Positions 36,755 through 47,024 of a stretch of DNA of 64,000 nt are shown piece after piece. Both the position numbers and the translations under genes were made by a program. Source of the stretch: Parcubacteria group bacterium (GTDB taxonomy: Bacteria; Patescibacteriota; Minisyncoccia; Moranbacterales; UBA2206); the NCBI GenBank assembly GCA_041664225.1, contig JBAYLE010000003.1, positions 15,608 to 79,607 on the forward strand, written 5' to 3'. The notes under the pieces were generated by a model. It ran no database searches, was not told where the DNA came from, and saw only the letters and a program-made list of their open reading frames with translations. The stretch's first letter is position 1. Every line of letters begins with the position of its first letter.

Positions 36755-39661
36755 TTATTTTTTCAAAACCTCCCTCAAAAACTTTCCTGTATAACTCTCT
36801 TTATGATACTTTGCCACTTCTTCCGGTTCGCCGGTGACGACCACTCGGCCTCCCTCATCCCCGCCTTCAGGGCCAAGATCGATAATCCAATCAGCGGTTT
36901 TGATGACGTCCATATTATGTTCAATGACCACCACGCTGTTGCCTGCATCCACCAGGCGATTCAGAACTCCCAACAATTTTTTGATATCATCAAAATGCAA
37001 GCCTGTCGTCGGTTCGTCCAAGATGTATAAAGTATTACCGGTCGCCCGCCGGGAAAGTTCCGTCGCGAGTTTGATTCGTTGCGCCTCCCCGCCAGAAAGC
37101 GTAGTGGCCGCCTGCCCGAGCTGGATATACCCGAGTCCCACATCTTCCAAAACAGACAGCTTGTCATTGAGGTCATGATAATTCCCAAAAAATTCGCGCG
37201 CTTCCATAACGTTCATTTCCAAAACTTCAGCGATATTTTTCCCTTTATATTTTACATGCAGAGTTTCACTATTATATCTTTTGCCATGGCAAACATCGCA
37301 AGAGATAAAAACATCCGGCATAAACTGCATCTCAATTTTGAGCAGGCCTTGCCCCTGGCAATTGTCGCATCTTCCTCCGCTGACATTAAAAGAAAACCGG
37401 CCCGGCAGATAGCCCTTAGCTTTGGCATCTTTGGTCGCGGCAAAAATTTCTCGAATCTCGGAAAACATTCCAGTGTAAGTTGCCGGATTTGACCGCGGAG
37501 TGCGCCCGATCGGCGACTGGTCGATCATAATGACTTTGTCCACATGTTGCGTCCCCACAATTTCCGCGTGTTTCCCCGGCCGTTCCAGAGAATGCATCAG
37601 TTTGCTCGACAAAGATTTATATAAAATATCTTCCACCAGCGATGATTTGCCCGAACCGGAAACGCCCGTCACCACCGTCATGACTTTGAGCGGAAATTCC
37701 ACAGTAATATTTTTCAAATTATTCTCCCGCGCTCCCCGCACCACCAGCCATTTTTTGTTTTTGACCGGCCGGCGGAATTTCGGCACCTCGATTTTCAATT
37801 CTCCGCGCAAATATTTAGCCGTGATGGATTTGGGATGACCCATCACTTCCTGCGGACTACCTTGCGCCACTATTTCCCCGCCCAATTTTCCCGCACCCGG
37901 ACCGATGTCTACCAAATGATCTGCCTCGCGCATCGTCTCTTCATCATGTTCAATCACGATTAAGGTGTTTCCGATATCGCGCAATTGCAAAAGTGTGTTC
38001 AAAAGTTTCGAATTGTCACGCGCGTGCAGACCGATCGATGGCTCATCCAAAATATACAAAACCCCCACTAATTGCGATCCGATCTGGGACGCCAATCTGA
38101 TCCTTTGGGTTTCTCCACCCGCTAAAGTGTTAGCGGAACGCGCCAAAGTCAGATAATTCAATCCGACATTGTCCAAAAAACCCAGCCGCGCCACAATTTC
38201 TTTGCAAATTTTGCCGGCAATCTGTTTCTCTCGATCATTTAATTCCAACTCTTTAAAAAATTTCAACGAATCGCTTACGCTTACAGACGAAACTTCATGA
38301 ATATTTTTCCCACCTACTGTAACTAACAAAGTTTCAGGCTTGTAGCGCATTCCATGACAGGCCGAACATGGATTTTGCGACATATATTTTTCAATCCCCT
38401 CGCGCACCGCGTCTGAATCGGTTTTAAAATATCGTTCCTGCATAAAACCAACCACGCCCCGCCAGGACATATAAAATTTCCAGTTGGTTCCGGTCTTGGC
38501 GCGAATTGTAATCGGCACTTCCTCGGCATCTTTTTCTGAGATCATATCTTCGGCATCCCGCGCACCATATAATAATATATTTACTTTTTCTTTTGGTAAA
38601 TCACGCAGTCTGACATTATCCGAAATATGAAAATATTTCGCCACCGACAAAATCACCCCGCCATAATAATTATTCCTCTTGAAATTCCACGGCGCCAATC
38701 CGCCTTCGGAAATCGTTTTGGTCATATCCGGCATCACTAAATCCGGATCAATTTCTTTTTTGGTGCCCAAGCCTTCGCAGGTCGGGCAAGCTCCGTACGG
38801 AGAGTTGAAAGAAAAAAGCCGCGGCTCCAATTCTGGAAACTCGACATCATGATCCGGACAAGCTAATTTTTGATTATAAATTATTGAATCGGAGAGGTTC
38901 GACCTCTTTTGGTCGTTTCGGTCGAGAGAGGTCGAACCTCTTTTTATAATTTTGATTTTCACTAAACCATTGGAAAGTTTCAGCGCTTTTTCCACATCTT
39001 CAAAAATACGGGAAATATTTTGATCGTTTATTCCAATCGCGTCGATCACGATATCAATCTTGTGCATCTTGTAGCGCGCCAACGGAATTTTGGTTTTGGG
39101 ATTAAGCTCATATTTTTTACCATTGACATAAGCTTTGGAAAAGCCACGTTTATACATTTCTAAAAGCAAAGTTGAATATTCGCCTTTACGTCCGCGCACC
39201 ACCGGCGACAAAATCTCGATTGTTGCCCCCTCACCAATTTCCAGAATCTTGCTGACAATTTCATCCGTGGAAAGCTTGGAAATTTCTTGCCCATCAACCG
39301 GACAATGTGGGATGCCGATTTTGGCATACAGCAAACGCAAGTAATCGTGAATTTCCGTTACAGTTCCCACTGTAGAACGCGGATTTTGCGAAGCAGATTT
39401 TTGCGAAATAGAAATGGCCGGCGAAAGCCCTTCGATATAATCGACATCCGGTTTTTCCATCTGCCCCAAAAACTGTCGGGCATAGGCCGACAAGCTTTCC
39501 AAATATCTTCTCTGTCCTTCGGCAAAAATAGTATCAAAAGCCAGAGTCGATTTCCCCGACCCGGAAATACCGGTAAAAACAATAAATTTATCCCGCGGCA
39601 ACTCGAGATCGATATTTTTCAGATTATGTTCACGCGCGCCTTTTATAATAATTTTGTTCAT
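36755..39661 (-). CDS. uvrA: Excinuclease ABC subunit A
   Basis: [55 protein letters not shown]. Confidence 0.96.
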   Translation of the reverse strand: MNKIIIKGAREHNLKNIDLELPRDKFIVFTGISGSGKSTLAFDTIFAEGQRRYLESLSAYARQFLGQMEKPDVDYIEGLSPAISISQKSASQNPRSTVGTVTEIHDYLRLLYAKIGIPHCPVDGQEISKLSTDEIVSKILEIGEGATIEILSPVVRGRKGEYSTLLLEMYKRGFSKAYVNGKKYELNPKTKIPLARYKMHKIDIVIDAIGINDQNISRIFEDVEKALKLSNGLVKIKIIKRGSTSLDRNDQKRSNLSDSIIYNQKLACPDHDVEFPELEPRLFSFNSPYGACPTCEGLGTKKEIDPDLVMPDMTKTISEGGLAPWNFKRNNYYGGVILSVAKYFHISDNVRLRDLPKEKVNILLYGARDAEDMISEKDAEEVPITIRAKTGTNWKFYMSWRGVVGFMQERYFKTDSDAVREGIEKYMSQNPCSACHGMRYKPETLLVTVGGKNIHEVSSVSVSDSLKFFKELELNDREKQIAGKICKEIVARLGFLDNVGLNYLTLARSANTLAGGETQRIRLASQIGSQLVGVLYILDEPSIGLHARDNSKLLNTLLQLRDIGNTLIVIEHDEETMREADHLVDIGPGAGKLGGEIVAQGSPQEVMGHPKSITAKYLRGELKIEVPKFRRPVKNKKWLVVRGARENNLKNITVEFPLKVMTVVTGVSGSGKSSLVEDILYKSLSSKLMHSLERPGKHAEIVGTQHVDKVIMIDQSPIGRTPRSNPATYTGMFSEIREIFAATKDAKAKGYLPGRFSFNVSGGRCDNCQGQGLLKIEMQFMPDVFISCDVCHGKRYNSETLHVKYKGKNIAEVLEMNVMEAREFFGNYHDLNDKLSVLEDVGLGYIQLGQAATTLSGGEAQRIKLATELSRRATGNTLYILDEPTTGLHFDDIKKLLGVLNRLVDAGNSVVVIEHNMDVIKTADWIIDLGPEGGDEGGRVVVTGEPEEVAKYHKESYTGKFLREVLKK

Positions 39662-39745
39662 AAACACAAAAAACTTCCCCTTTTATGGGTACTTAATATT
39701 AACTTTTAACTAATACACTTTAGCACGACTTCGTATTGCAATCAA

Positions 39746-39928
39746 TCATTGGATATTCCCGTCCTGATTTCGAAACCAGATATAAATAACCAGCACAAAG
39801 GCCACTGTGACTGAGAATATAAGTATCGCAAAGGGTTCTGTATCACTCAGTTTTTCCGTCAGCCATTGGTAATAGGCCGGCCAGTAGCCGTTGATTAATT
39901 TTTGATAGACCTGGGTAACAAGTTCCAT
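39746..39928 (-). CDS. Small single-TM hypothetical protein
   Basis: 60 aa from ATG 39928, downstream of a TG-TATAAT box; C-terminal TM helix. Confidence 0.55.
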   Translation of the reverse strand: MELVTQVYQKLINGYWPAYYQWLTEKLSDTEPFAILIFSVTVAFVLVIYIWFRNQDGNIQ

Positions 39929-40006
39929 AGATTTTACCCCTTTATTATACCACAAAAAAAACTACGCCTTTTTATGGGCGTAGTTCTGATTTGCATAATT
40001 TAAAGT

Positions 40007-41098
40007 TTAGCTTCCGCAGGAAGCGTTTGGATCTGTTGCTGATCCACTAGCCGCTGGAGTAGCCGCAGCCGCTCCTTCTCCAAATCCCGCAGCCGGAGCG
40101 ATTGTGGAAAGTTTAGTTTGGCATTCTTTCGGTGCAGTATTAAAGGCATCACAGATCGTTTTCAAAATACTAGCTGAATCCCGGCCGGCCGATTGAGCCT
40201 CAACGCCATTGATGACTAAAGCTGGCGAGCCTTGCACACCGTATTTTGTATTGTCATCTTTATTCACATTAAATGGAGGGAATTGCCCATTGTTCCATTT
40301 GCTTTTGTCAGCCGCATCTTTGGTAATGTTAAATTGAGCATCAGTCTGGGCTACGCAGCTCGCAACTTGTGAAACGCTTACTCCGGTCGAGGCCATACAA
40401 CTGGCTTCAGTACCTTCTCCTTTTTTCAAGAAGCAAGTCAGATAAGCTGACAATTTCGCCGGCTGATTCTTTTGAATGCAGTATTGGCGCAAATTCTCCG
40501 CGATTTCCTTATCACCATGCATCGCGTAATCTACGAATTCCAAAGTATACTTGATCTTATTTCCCAAAGCGGCCACTACCGGCAAGATTCCTTTTTCTAT
40601 CTGCGTTCCAAACGGACAATAACTCATGACAAACAATTTCACTTCCGGAACATCACTCTTTGTTACCGGCGTGTTAGCTTTTTCCTCTTGTTTTTTAGCT
40701 GCCTCTTTTTGTTTCTCTATTTCATCAAAGGTTATAGCCTGCTGGATAAACTTTGTTCCATCTTTGGTCACATATACCGGCTGGTCCTGCCCATTTACAC
40801 TCACCGTGATCTTATACAAATCTCCATCCTCCATAACATCTTTGACTGTCGCGGTTCCACCGCTGTCTTTTACCAGCGCCTCTATTTTTGCCCTAGCTTC
40901 TTCTTTAGTTATGCCTTTTGAAAATAATTTTTTAAAATTAAAATTGTTTGGATCTTTTGCATAAATCGCATAACCGACAATAAGAAGCAAAATAACTACC
41001 CCCAAAACAGCTTTTACGTTAAAGCTCCGAGGGGACCACTTGGATTTTGCCGTTTCCTTCGGCTGATCTTCAGTTTTGTTTTCAGGAATATTTCCCAT
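40007..41098 (-). CDS. Membrane-anchored thioredoxin-fold (DsbA/DsbC-like) protein
   Basis: TM anchor, DsbC-like YVTKDG, LFVMSYCPFG, YGVQGSPALVING. Confidence 0.75.
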   Translation of the reverse strand: MGNIPENKTEDQPKETAKSKWSPRSFNVKAVLGVVILLLIVGYAIYAKDPNNFNFKKLFSKGITKEEARAKIEALVKDSGGTATVKDVMEDGDLYKITVSVNGQDQPVYVTKDGTKFIQQAITFDEIEKQKEAAKKQEEKANTPVTKSDVPEVKLFVMSYCPFGTQIEKGILPVVAALGNKIKYTLEFVDYAMHGDKEIAENLRQYCIQKNQPAKLSAYLTCFLKKGEGTEASCMASTGVSVSQVASCVAQTDAQFNITKDAADKSKWNNGQFPPFNVNKDDNTKYGVQGSPALVINGVEAQSAGRDSASILKTICDAFNTAPKECQTKLSTIAPAAGFGEGAAAATPAASGSATDPNASCGS

Positions 41099-41209
41099 AC
41101 TTTATTTGTTAAAATTTAAATTACTTGTTCATTTTACACCTCTTAGTAAAATCAGACAACTCCCCTAGTTGCCATACTCAAAAAAGGACCTCTTAAAGCC
41201 ACTTTTTGC

Positions 41210-41635
41210 TTAAGTTAAGTTTTGATTTTCATTTTTATGTATCTCGTCCAGAAACTCCCTAATTTCTTTGACCAAATCCGATGGCGTCCTTTCCGGCTTC
41301 ACAAAAAAACGGTCAGCGCCCAACTCTTTGGCTCTTTCCCTATCTTCAGGAGAGCTCAAGCTGGTTAACATGATAATCGGTATCTTTTTGTATTTACCCC
41401 AAGAGGATCTGATTTTTTCCAACACATCATATCCATCCATTTTTGGCATCACCACGTCCAAAAGCACCAGATCCAGAATCTCAAAGTTTTCTTTAATCTT
41501 GCGTATCGCTTCTTCTCCATCGCTAGCCGTAATGACCACGAAGCCCTCGCTCGTCAATTTTTGCGAGTATATCTCTATTAAATTTTCGTCATCATCCACG
41601 ATCAGGACTGTTATTTTTTTTTCTGCCTGTTCCAT
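41210..41635 (-). CDS. Single-domain response regulator
   Basis: VLIVDDD, DLVLLDVVMPKMDG, IMLTS, GAD.FFVKP. Confidence 0.92.
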   Translation of the reverse strand: MEQAEKKITVLIVDDDENLIEIYSQKLTSEGFVVITASDGEEAIRKIKENFEILDLVLLDVVMPKMDGYDVLEKIRSSWGKYKKIPIIMLTSLSSPEDRERAKELGADRFFVKPERTPSDLVKEIREFLDEIHKNENQNLT

Positions 41636-41685
41636 ATTTTTTGTTTTTTACAATCCGTAAGTGTTTGTCCGGATTGCATTTTTGT

Positions 41686-42036
41686 TTATTTAAAATAATT
41701 TATAATGGTCGCAAAGATAGTATGCAGACGAAAAGGATTATTTTCGATGCCTAACATGGAAAACAGCATATTTAAAGCAAACGTAATAACAATAAAGGCA
41801 ATAAAAATAATCAAAATAGAAAGAGGGATCAGGCTTATGAAAAATTCTTTTATTCTTTTGTGGCGCTTTTTAAGCGCGGCGTAAGATTGATAGTGCTGAT
41901 CCAACCGGGTATTTTCAATCTCTCTTCCTTCCCGCTGGAGCTTTTGAATCCTGATTTCCGTATCTGAAGGATACTTAAAAATCACGTAATACGCATCCTT
42001 GAGATAGATTTTTATTTTTCGCAGTGCTTCGTTCAT
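41686..42036 (-). CDS. Hypothetical membrane protein
   Basis: ORF with a C-terminal hydrophobic segment; no known motif. Confidence 0.55.
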   Translation of the reverse strand: MNEALRKIKIYLKDAYYVIFKYPSDTEIRIQKLQREGREIENTRLDQHYQSYAALKKRHKRIKEFFISLIPLSILIIFIAFIVITFALNMLFSMLGIENNPFRLHTIFATIINYFK

Positions 42037-42087
42037 CAAGTAATATAAGTAATTCTAATTTAATTATACTACAAACCTACTTTTGCA

Positions 42088-42205
42088 TCAACCCCGTCAG
42101 AAGTTTCAGAAAGTGCTTGTTGATACCAAAATACAAAGGCGAAGCCGCTTCGCTCGAGCATATTCCTAAAAAACAAAACCTATGATGAACTTCATACGGG
42201 GTCAA
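42088..42205. mobile_element. MITE-like element with imperfect 14-bp TIRs and a TCAA target-site duplication
   Basis: TCAA-CCCCGTCAGAAGTT...AACTTCATACGGGG-TCAA. Confidence 0.65.
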
Positions 42206-42212
42206 CCTCGTC

Positions 42213-44174
42213 TCATCCCGCCTGCAATTTCCGCAATTCTCCGATTTCATCTCTTATTATGGCGGCTTTTTCAAACTCCAGCGCCCGAGAGGCTTCCTTC
42301 ATCTCGCGCTCGCGCTGTTTGATGTAGCCTTGCAAATCTTCCAGAGATTCCAATTCGGTGAAATCGCGCGTAACTTCAGGCTTCAATTCATGATCCACAA
42401 TGGACTGGATTTTCTTTTTGATGGTGGTCGGGGTGATACGATGCTTTTTATTATGGGCCACTTGAATTTTGCGCCGGCGGTCGGTTTCACCAATCGCCCG
42501 TTTCATGGAGCCGGTAATCTGGTCAGCGTATAAAATAACTCTGCCGGAAACATTCCTGGCCGCTCGGCCGATGGTTTGAATAAGCGAAGTTTCACTCCGC
42601 AAAAATCCTTCCTTGTCCGCGTCCAGAATTGCTACCAAAGACACTTCCGGCAGATCCAATCCTTCGCGCAAAAGATTCACGCCCACCAAAACATCAAATT
42701 TGCCGCGCCGTAAATTTTCCAAAATTCGCACACGATCCAATGTTTCCACTCCGCTGTGGAGATATTCAGCTTTCACTTTTGATTCTTTTAAAAAGTCCGA
42801 GAGGTCTTCTGCCATTTTTTTGGTCAGCGTCGTCACTAAAACTCTTTCTTTTTTGGCTACTATTTTTTTAATTTCGGAAATAACATCCTTCACTTGCCCT
42901 TTGGCGGGCTTGATGGTTAGTTCCGGATCAATAAGCCCGGTCGGACGAATAATTTGCTCGGCAATTTGAGTAGAATTTTTTCTTTCGTAATCTGCCGGCG
43001 TGGCTGAAGTAAAAATCAGCTGATTAATTTTTTTCTCAAATTCACTAAATTTAAGCGGTCGATTATCAAAAGCGCTCGGCAGGCGAAAACCGTTGTCCAC
43101 CAAAGATTTTTTCCGCGAATAATCGCCGTTATACATCCCGTTTAATTGGGGTATAGTTACGTGCGATTCATCAACGACCATTAAAAAATCTTCTGGAAAA
43201 TAATCTATCAGAGTATATGGCGCCTCGCCGGGCTGTCTTCCAGTGAGAAAGCGTGAATAATTTTCGATCCCGTTGCAATAACCGATTTCGCGCATCATTT
43301 CGATGTCCTGTTTGGTGCGCCGCTCCAGCCTTTCGGCTTCCAGCAACTTATTATGATCCCGTAAATATTTCACTCTGTTTTTGGCTTCGGTTTCTATTTT
43401 TTCAAGCGCCCTTTCCATCAGCGGCTCCGGCACCACAAAATGCTTAGCCGGATAAATTAAGATTTTGTCTAGTCTTCCCAATTCATCACCAGTTAGAAAA
43501 TCGTATTCACTAATTTTAGTAATCTTATCCTGCTCAAGACTGATCCTAGTTACAATTTCCCGCGCCGGTGACATAATCTCAATCGTCGGACCCGTCACCC
43601 GGAATTTTCCGCGGCTCAAAAGATCGGTGCGCCCATAATGCATCTCCACTAATTTATTGATCAATTCGCTTCTATCAACTTTTTCTCCCTTTTTTATTTC
43701 CAAAGAAATATCGCGGTAAAATTCCGGCGAGCCCAAGCCATAGATACAGGAAACGGAAGCGACGATAATGACATCCTGACGACTCATGAGCGCAACCGTA
43801 GCCGCGTGGCGAAGACGGTCGATCTCATCATTGATCTGCGCTTCTTTTTCAATATAGGTGTCCGACGAAGCAATGTAGGCTTCCGGCTGATAGTAATCAT
43901 AATAGGAAACAAAATATTCCACCGCGTTCTTGGGAAAAAAGGTGCGAAATTCCTGCGCTAACTGCGCCGCCAAAGTTTTATTAGGCGCGATTACCAGCGT
44001 CGGCTTCTGAACTTTTTCAATCACATTAGCAATCGTAAAAGTTTTGCCAGATCCCGTCACGCCCAAAAGCGTCTGGAATTTTTGTCCAGCCTTGAGGCCC
44101 TGAACCAGCTTCTCAATCGCCTGCGGTTGATCGCCGTCCGGTTTGTATTTTGAATTGATCTTAAATTTCTGCAT
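42213..44174 (-). CDS. uvrB: Excinuclease ABC subunit B
   Basis: [47 protein letters not shown]-terminal UVR. Confidence 0.97.
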   Translation of the reverse strand: MQKFKINSKYKPDGDQPQAIEKLVQGLKAGQKFQTLLGVTGSGKTFTIANVIEKVQKPTLVIAPNKTLAAQLAQEFRTFFPKNAVEYFVSYYDYYQPEAYIASSDTYIEKEAQINDEIDRLRHAATVALMSRQDVIIVASVSCIYGLGSPEFYRDISLEIKKGEKVDRSELINKLVEMHYGRTDLLSRGKFRVTGPTIEIMSPAREIVTRISLEQDKITKISEYDFLTGDELGRLDKILIYPAKHFVVPEPLMERALEKIETEAKNRVKYLRDHNKLLEAERLERRTKQDIEMMREIGYCNGIENYSRFLTGRQPGEAPYTLIDYFPEDFLMVVDESHVTIPQLNGMYNGDYSRKKSLVDNGFRLPSAFDNRPLKFSEFEKKINQLIFTSATPADYERKNSTQIAEQIIRPTGLIDPELTIKPAKGQVKDVISEIKKIVAKKERVLVTTLTKKMAEDLSDFLKESKVKAEYLHSGVETLDRVRILENLRRGKFDVLVGVNLLREGLDLPEVSLVAILDADKEGFLRSETSLIQTIGRAARNVSGRVILYADQITGSMKRAIGETDRRRKIQVAHNKKHRITPTTIKKKIQSIVDHELKPEVTRDFTELESLEDLQGYIKQREREMKEASRALEFEKAAIIRDEIGELRKLQAG

Positions 44175-44235
44175 ATTTATATAATACTACAATCTTTTAT
44201 TCATTTGTCCATAAAAACTATGCTATAATTACTCC

Positions 44236-44352
44236 ATGAAAACCAAAAAAACCAAAGCCGAAAAACGCGAAGTCAAGAAGAAGCCCAAAATGCCGGTTTC
44301 CGGTAAAAAAGTTTTCGCGCTGAAGGAAATTATTGTGAAAAAGGCTAACTAA
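44236..44352 (+). CDS. Small, very basic protein (38 aa), not in the ORF track
   Basis: MKTKKTKAEKREVKKKPKMPVSGKKVFALKEIIVKKAN; TG-C-TATAAT box 6 nt before the ATG. Confidence 0.65.
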   Translation: MKTKKTKAEKREVKKKPKMPVSGKKVFALKEIIVKKAN

Positions 44353-44428
44353 AGCCCAGGATTGACTATTAGTATTGACGAGTAAATTGCCCAGTGATAA
44401 GCTGATATAAGTTTTAATAAACACCAAA

Positions 44429-44659
44429 ATGCTACGAATTATAAATATTGCCGAAATAATCGTTTCCATAACGTTGGTCGTTTCCATCCTGCTCCAAAAT
44501 CGGGGCGCCGGACTTTCTTCAACTTTTGGAGGAGACTTTGGCGGTTACTACAGCAAAAGAGGTTTTGAAAAATTTTTGACGCGCTTTTCTATTTTCTTAG
44601 CGATAATCTTTATCGCGCTGGCAATCACCAATCTGTTTCTGACCAATAAGCCAGTATAA
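44429..44659 (+). CDS. secG: Preprotein translocase subunit SecG
   Basis: ILLQ.RGAGLS..FGG...RG.EKFL with two TM helices. Confidence 0.92.
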   Translation: MLRIINIAEIIVSITLVVSILLQNRGAGLSSTFGGDFGGYYSKRGFEKFLTRFSIFLAIIFIALAITNLFLTNKPV

Positions 44660-44713
44660 CCAACTAGCTCTAAACCTATACGTAACTATCCTAACAATCC
44701 GCAGAATTTTTCC

Positions 44714-46387
44714 TTGAAAAAATGGCTTCAGGCCACAAAATTTTTTAATATCAAAGAAAGGATATTTTTTAATCTTCTTATCATCTTGCTCTTGGGCTCA
44801 GTTATTGGCTGGGGCTTGATGTTTTATTATTCCAAAACCAAAGCAGTCGCCGATTATGGCGGAGAATATATTGAGGGCATTGTCGGCCAGCCACAACATA
44901 TCAACCCGGTGATTTCCCAATCAAACAACGCGGACGAAGATTTGACGCAACTTGTCTATAGCGGTTTGCTCAAATACGACAGCAGGGGCGATTTAATCCC
45001 TGACTTAGCTGAAAGCTATGACATCTCGGATGACAAAACCACCTACACCTTTCACCTGAAAAAGGACGTTGAGTGGCACGACGGGCAGCCTTTTGCGGCA
45101 GCCGACGTGCTGTATACCACGAACATACTTTCGGATCCTGCCTATAAAAGTCCGCTCAGAACCAACTGGCAAGGCATTACCACAAACATTGTTGATGACC
45201 ACACATTGACTTTTCAGATCCAATCCTCTTTTGTCGGCTTTCTAAACAACCTAACTTTCGGCATCCTGCCAAAACACATCTGGGAAACGGTCACTGCCGA
45301 TAAATTTTCTCTGACTGACCTCAATTTGGAACCGATCGGAACCGGCCCCTACAAATACAATGCCTTCCAAAAAGATTCCAGAGGCAATATTATTTCTTAT
45401 AAACTAGTGGCCAATCCAAATTATTTCGAGGGCAAGCCGTATATTTCAAAAATGACTTTCGATTTTTATGATTCGGATGATTCCATCCTGAAGGCTTTTA
45501 ATTCAAAAGAGATTATGGGTATTAATAGTCTCACCCCGCAGCGTATGGCCGATATCAAGCTATTGCAAAGCACTTTTATACACAAGTTTGACATTTCGCG
45601 ATATTTCGCCGTTTTTATCAATCAAACAAGAAGTTTGCCCTTAGCCGACGATAATGTGCGCCAAGCTTTGACTTATGCCACCAATCGCCAAGAAATAATC
45701 GACAACATCCTCAGTGGAAACGGTAATCCTGTTTATTCGCCAATCCTGGATGCCATGGTCGGTTATTCGACCGACATTGATTCGCGGACTTTTGATCTCG
45801 AAAAGGCCAATTCCGTCTTGGACAGCAATGGCTGGAACCGTGGTGAAGATGGAATGCGAGCTAAGAATGGTACGCCGTTGCAATTTACTTTGACCACGAC
45901 TGATTGGCCTGAACTGGCTCAGACTGCTGAAATCCTCAAATCGGAGTGGGCAAAAGCCGGTGCTAAAGTCGACGTCCAAACTTATTCAATATCTGATATC
46001 CAACAAAATTACATTCGTCCCCGGGAATACGAGGCGCTTCTATTCGGACAAGTTTTGGGCGCGGACCCGGATCCATATTCATTCTGGCACTCTTCACAAA
46101 AAAGAGATCCTGGTCTCAATCTTTCTCTCTTCGGCGATTCCGATACCGACAAGTTGATCGAGGCCGGCCGTATCGAGTTTGATTACGACAAACGAGCATC
46201 CATATACCAGGATTTTCAGAAAAAATTAATAGCAGAAACTCCGGCTATCTTTCTCTACAGCCCGGATTATATTTATCCAGTCAACAAAAAAGTACAAGGC
46301 ATTAATATGGAAGACCTGATATCTCCCTCCAAGCGGTTTTCCGACGCAAATCATTGGTACATCAACACCAAGAGAGTTAAAAAATAA
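44714..46387 (+). CDS. ABC peptide-binding protein (SBP family 5), TM-anchored, with no adjacent permease genes
   Basis: PDLAES, W.DG.P..A.DV..T, PIGTGPY, VRQAL. Confidence 0.9.
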   Translation: MKKWLQATKFFNIKERIFFNLLIILLLGSVIGWGLMFYYSKTKAVADYGGEYIEGIVGQPQHINPVISQSNNADEDLTQLVYSGLLKYDSRGDLIPDLAESYDISDDKTTYTFHLKKDVEWHDGQPFAAADVLYTTNILSDPAYKSPLRTNWQGITTNIVDDHTLTFQIQSSFVGFLNNLTFGILPKHIWETVTADKFSLTDLNLEPIGTGPYKYNAFQKDSRGNIISYKLVANPNYFEGKPYISKMTFDFYDSDDSILKAFNSKEIMGINSLTPQRMADIKLLQSTFIHKFDISRYFAVFINQTRSLPLADDNVRQALTYATNRQEIIDNILSGNGNPVYSPILDAMVGYSTDIDSRTFDLEKANSVLDSNGWNRGEDGMRAKNGTPLQFTLTTTDWPELAQTAEILKSEWAKAGAKVDVQTYSISDIQQNYIRPREYEALLFGQVLGADPDPYSFWHSSQKRDPGLNLSLFGDSDTDKLIEAGRIEFDYDKRASIYQDFQKKLIAETPAIFLYSPDYIYPVNKKVQGINMEDLISPSKRFSDANHWYINTKRVKK

Positions 46388-46405
46388 AAAAAATATATAA
46401 ACACT

Positions 46406-47014
46406 ATGGATATAAATTTTACGAATGTTCCCAAACATTACGCGTCACGGACTCATGAAAAAATGAAGGAAGTTCTTATGGATCCGGAAGGTGTCGGACC
46501 GGCTATCCATTATTACATGATCCGAGGTGGCAAAGAACAAAAAAATATAACCGTTTGGGAGCCAGGCACCGTATCCGGAGAATATATCAAAACCTATGGG
46601 CATTATCACGTTGGTAACCTGAGTGAAACTTACCAAATTATTTACGGCCAAGGTGTGGCCCTTTTGCAAAAATTGGCTGAAGATGAAAATGGAAATATGA
46701 TCCCTGATGTCGTGGAAGAATTTAAGGCCATTCCGGTCAAAACCGGCGATGAAATTTTTATGCCGGCTAAATTCGGTCATCTTTTAGTTAACACAGGCAT
46801 TACTTATTTTGCGACCACTGACGACAGCCCTGTGGACTTTGAGGACCGTGACCCTTCCAGTTTTCCCGGGCATGCTGATTATGAACCGGTGAAAAAAATG
46901 AAAGGGTTTGCCTATTATGTCGTGGAGAAAGATGGCCAGCCCGCTCTCAAAAAAAATCCGCTTTACAAAACTATCCAGAAAGAAGATCTGGGCGGTTTGC
47001 TGGTAATCGATTAA
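46406..47014 (+). CDS. Cupin-type (archaeal-like) glucose-6-phosphate isomerase family protein
   Basis: PG.V.GEYIKTYGHYH, E.Y....G, P..GH..VN.G, Y.......GFAY. Confidence 0.8.
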   Translation: MDINFTNVPKHYASRTHEKMKEVLMDPEGVGPAIHYYMIRGGKEQKNITVWEPGTVSGEYIKTYGHYHVGNLSETYQIIYGQGVALLQKLAEDENGNMIPDVVEEFKAIPVKTGDEIFMPAKFGHLLVNTGITYFATTDDSPVDFEDRDPSSFPGHADYEPVKKMKGFAYYVVEKDGQPALKKNPLYKTIQKEDLGGLLVID

Positions 47015-47024
47015 CATTAAATTT

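Noticed and set aside
44218-44487. 89-aa minus-strand ORF
   Set aside because: It is antisense to secG and to the better supported 38-aa basic ORF.
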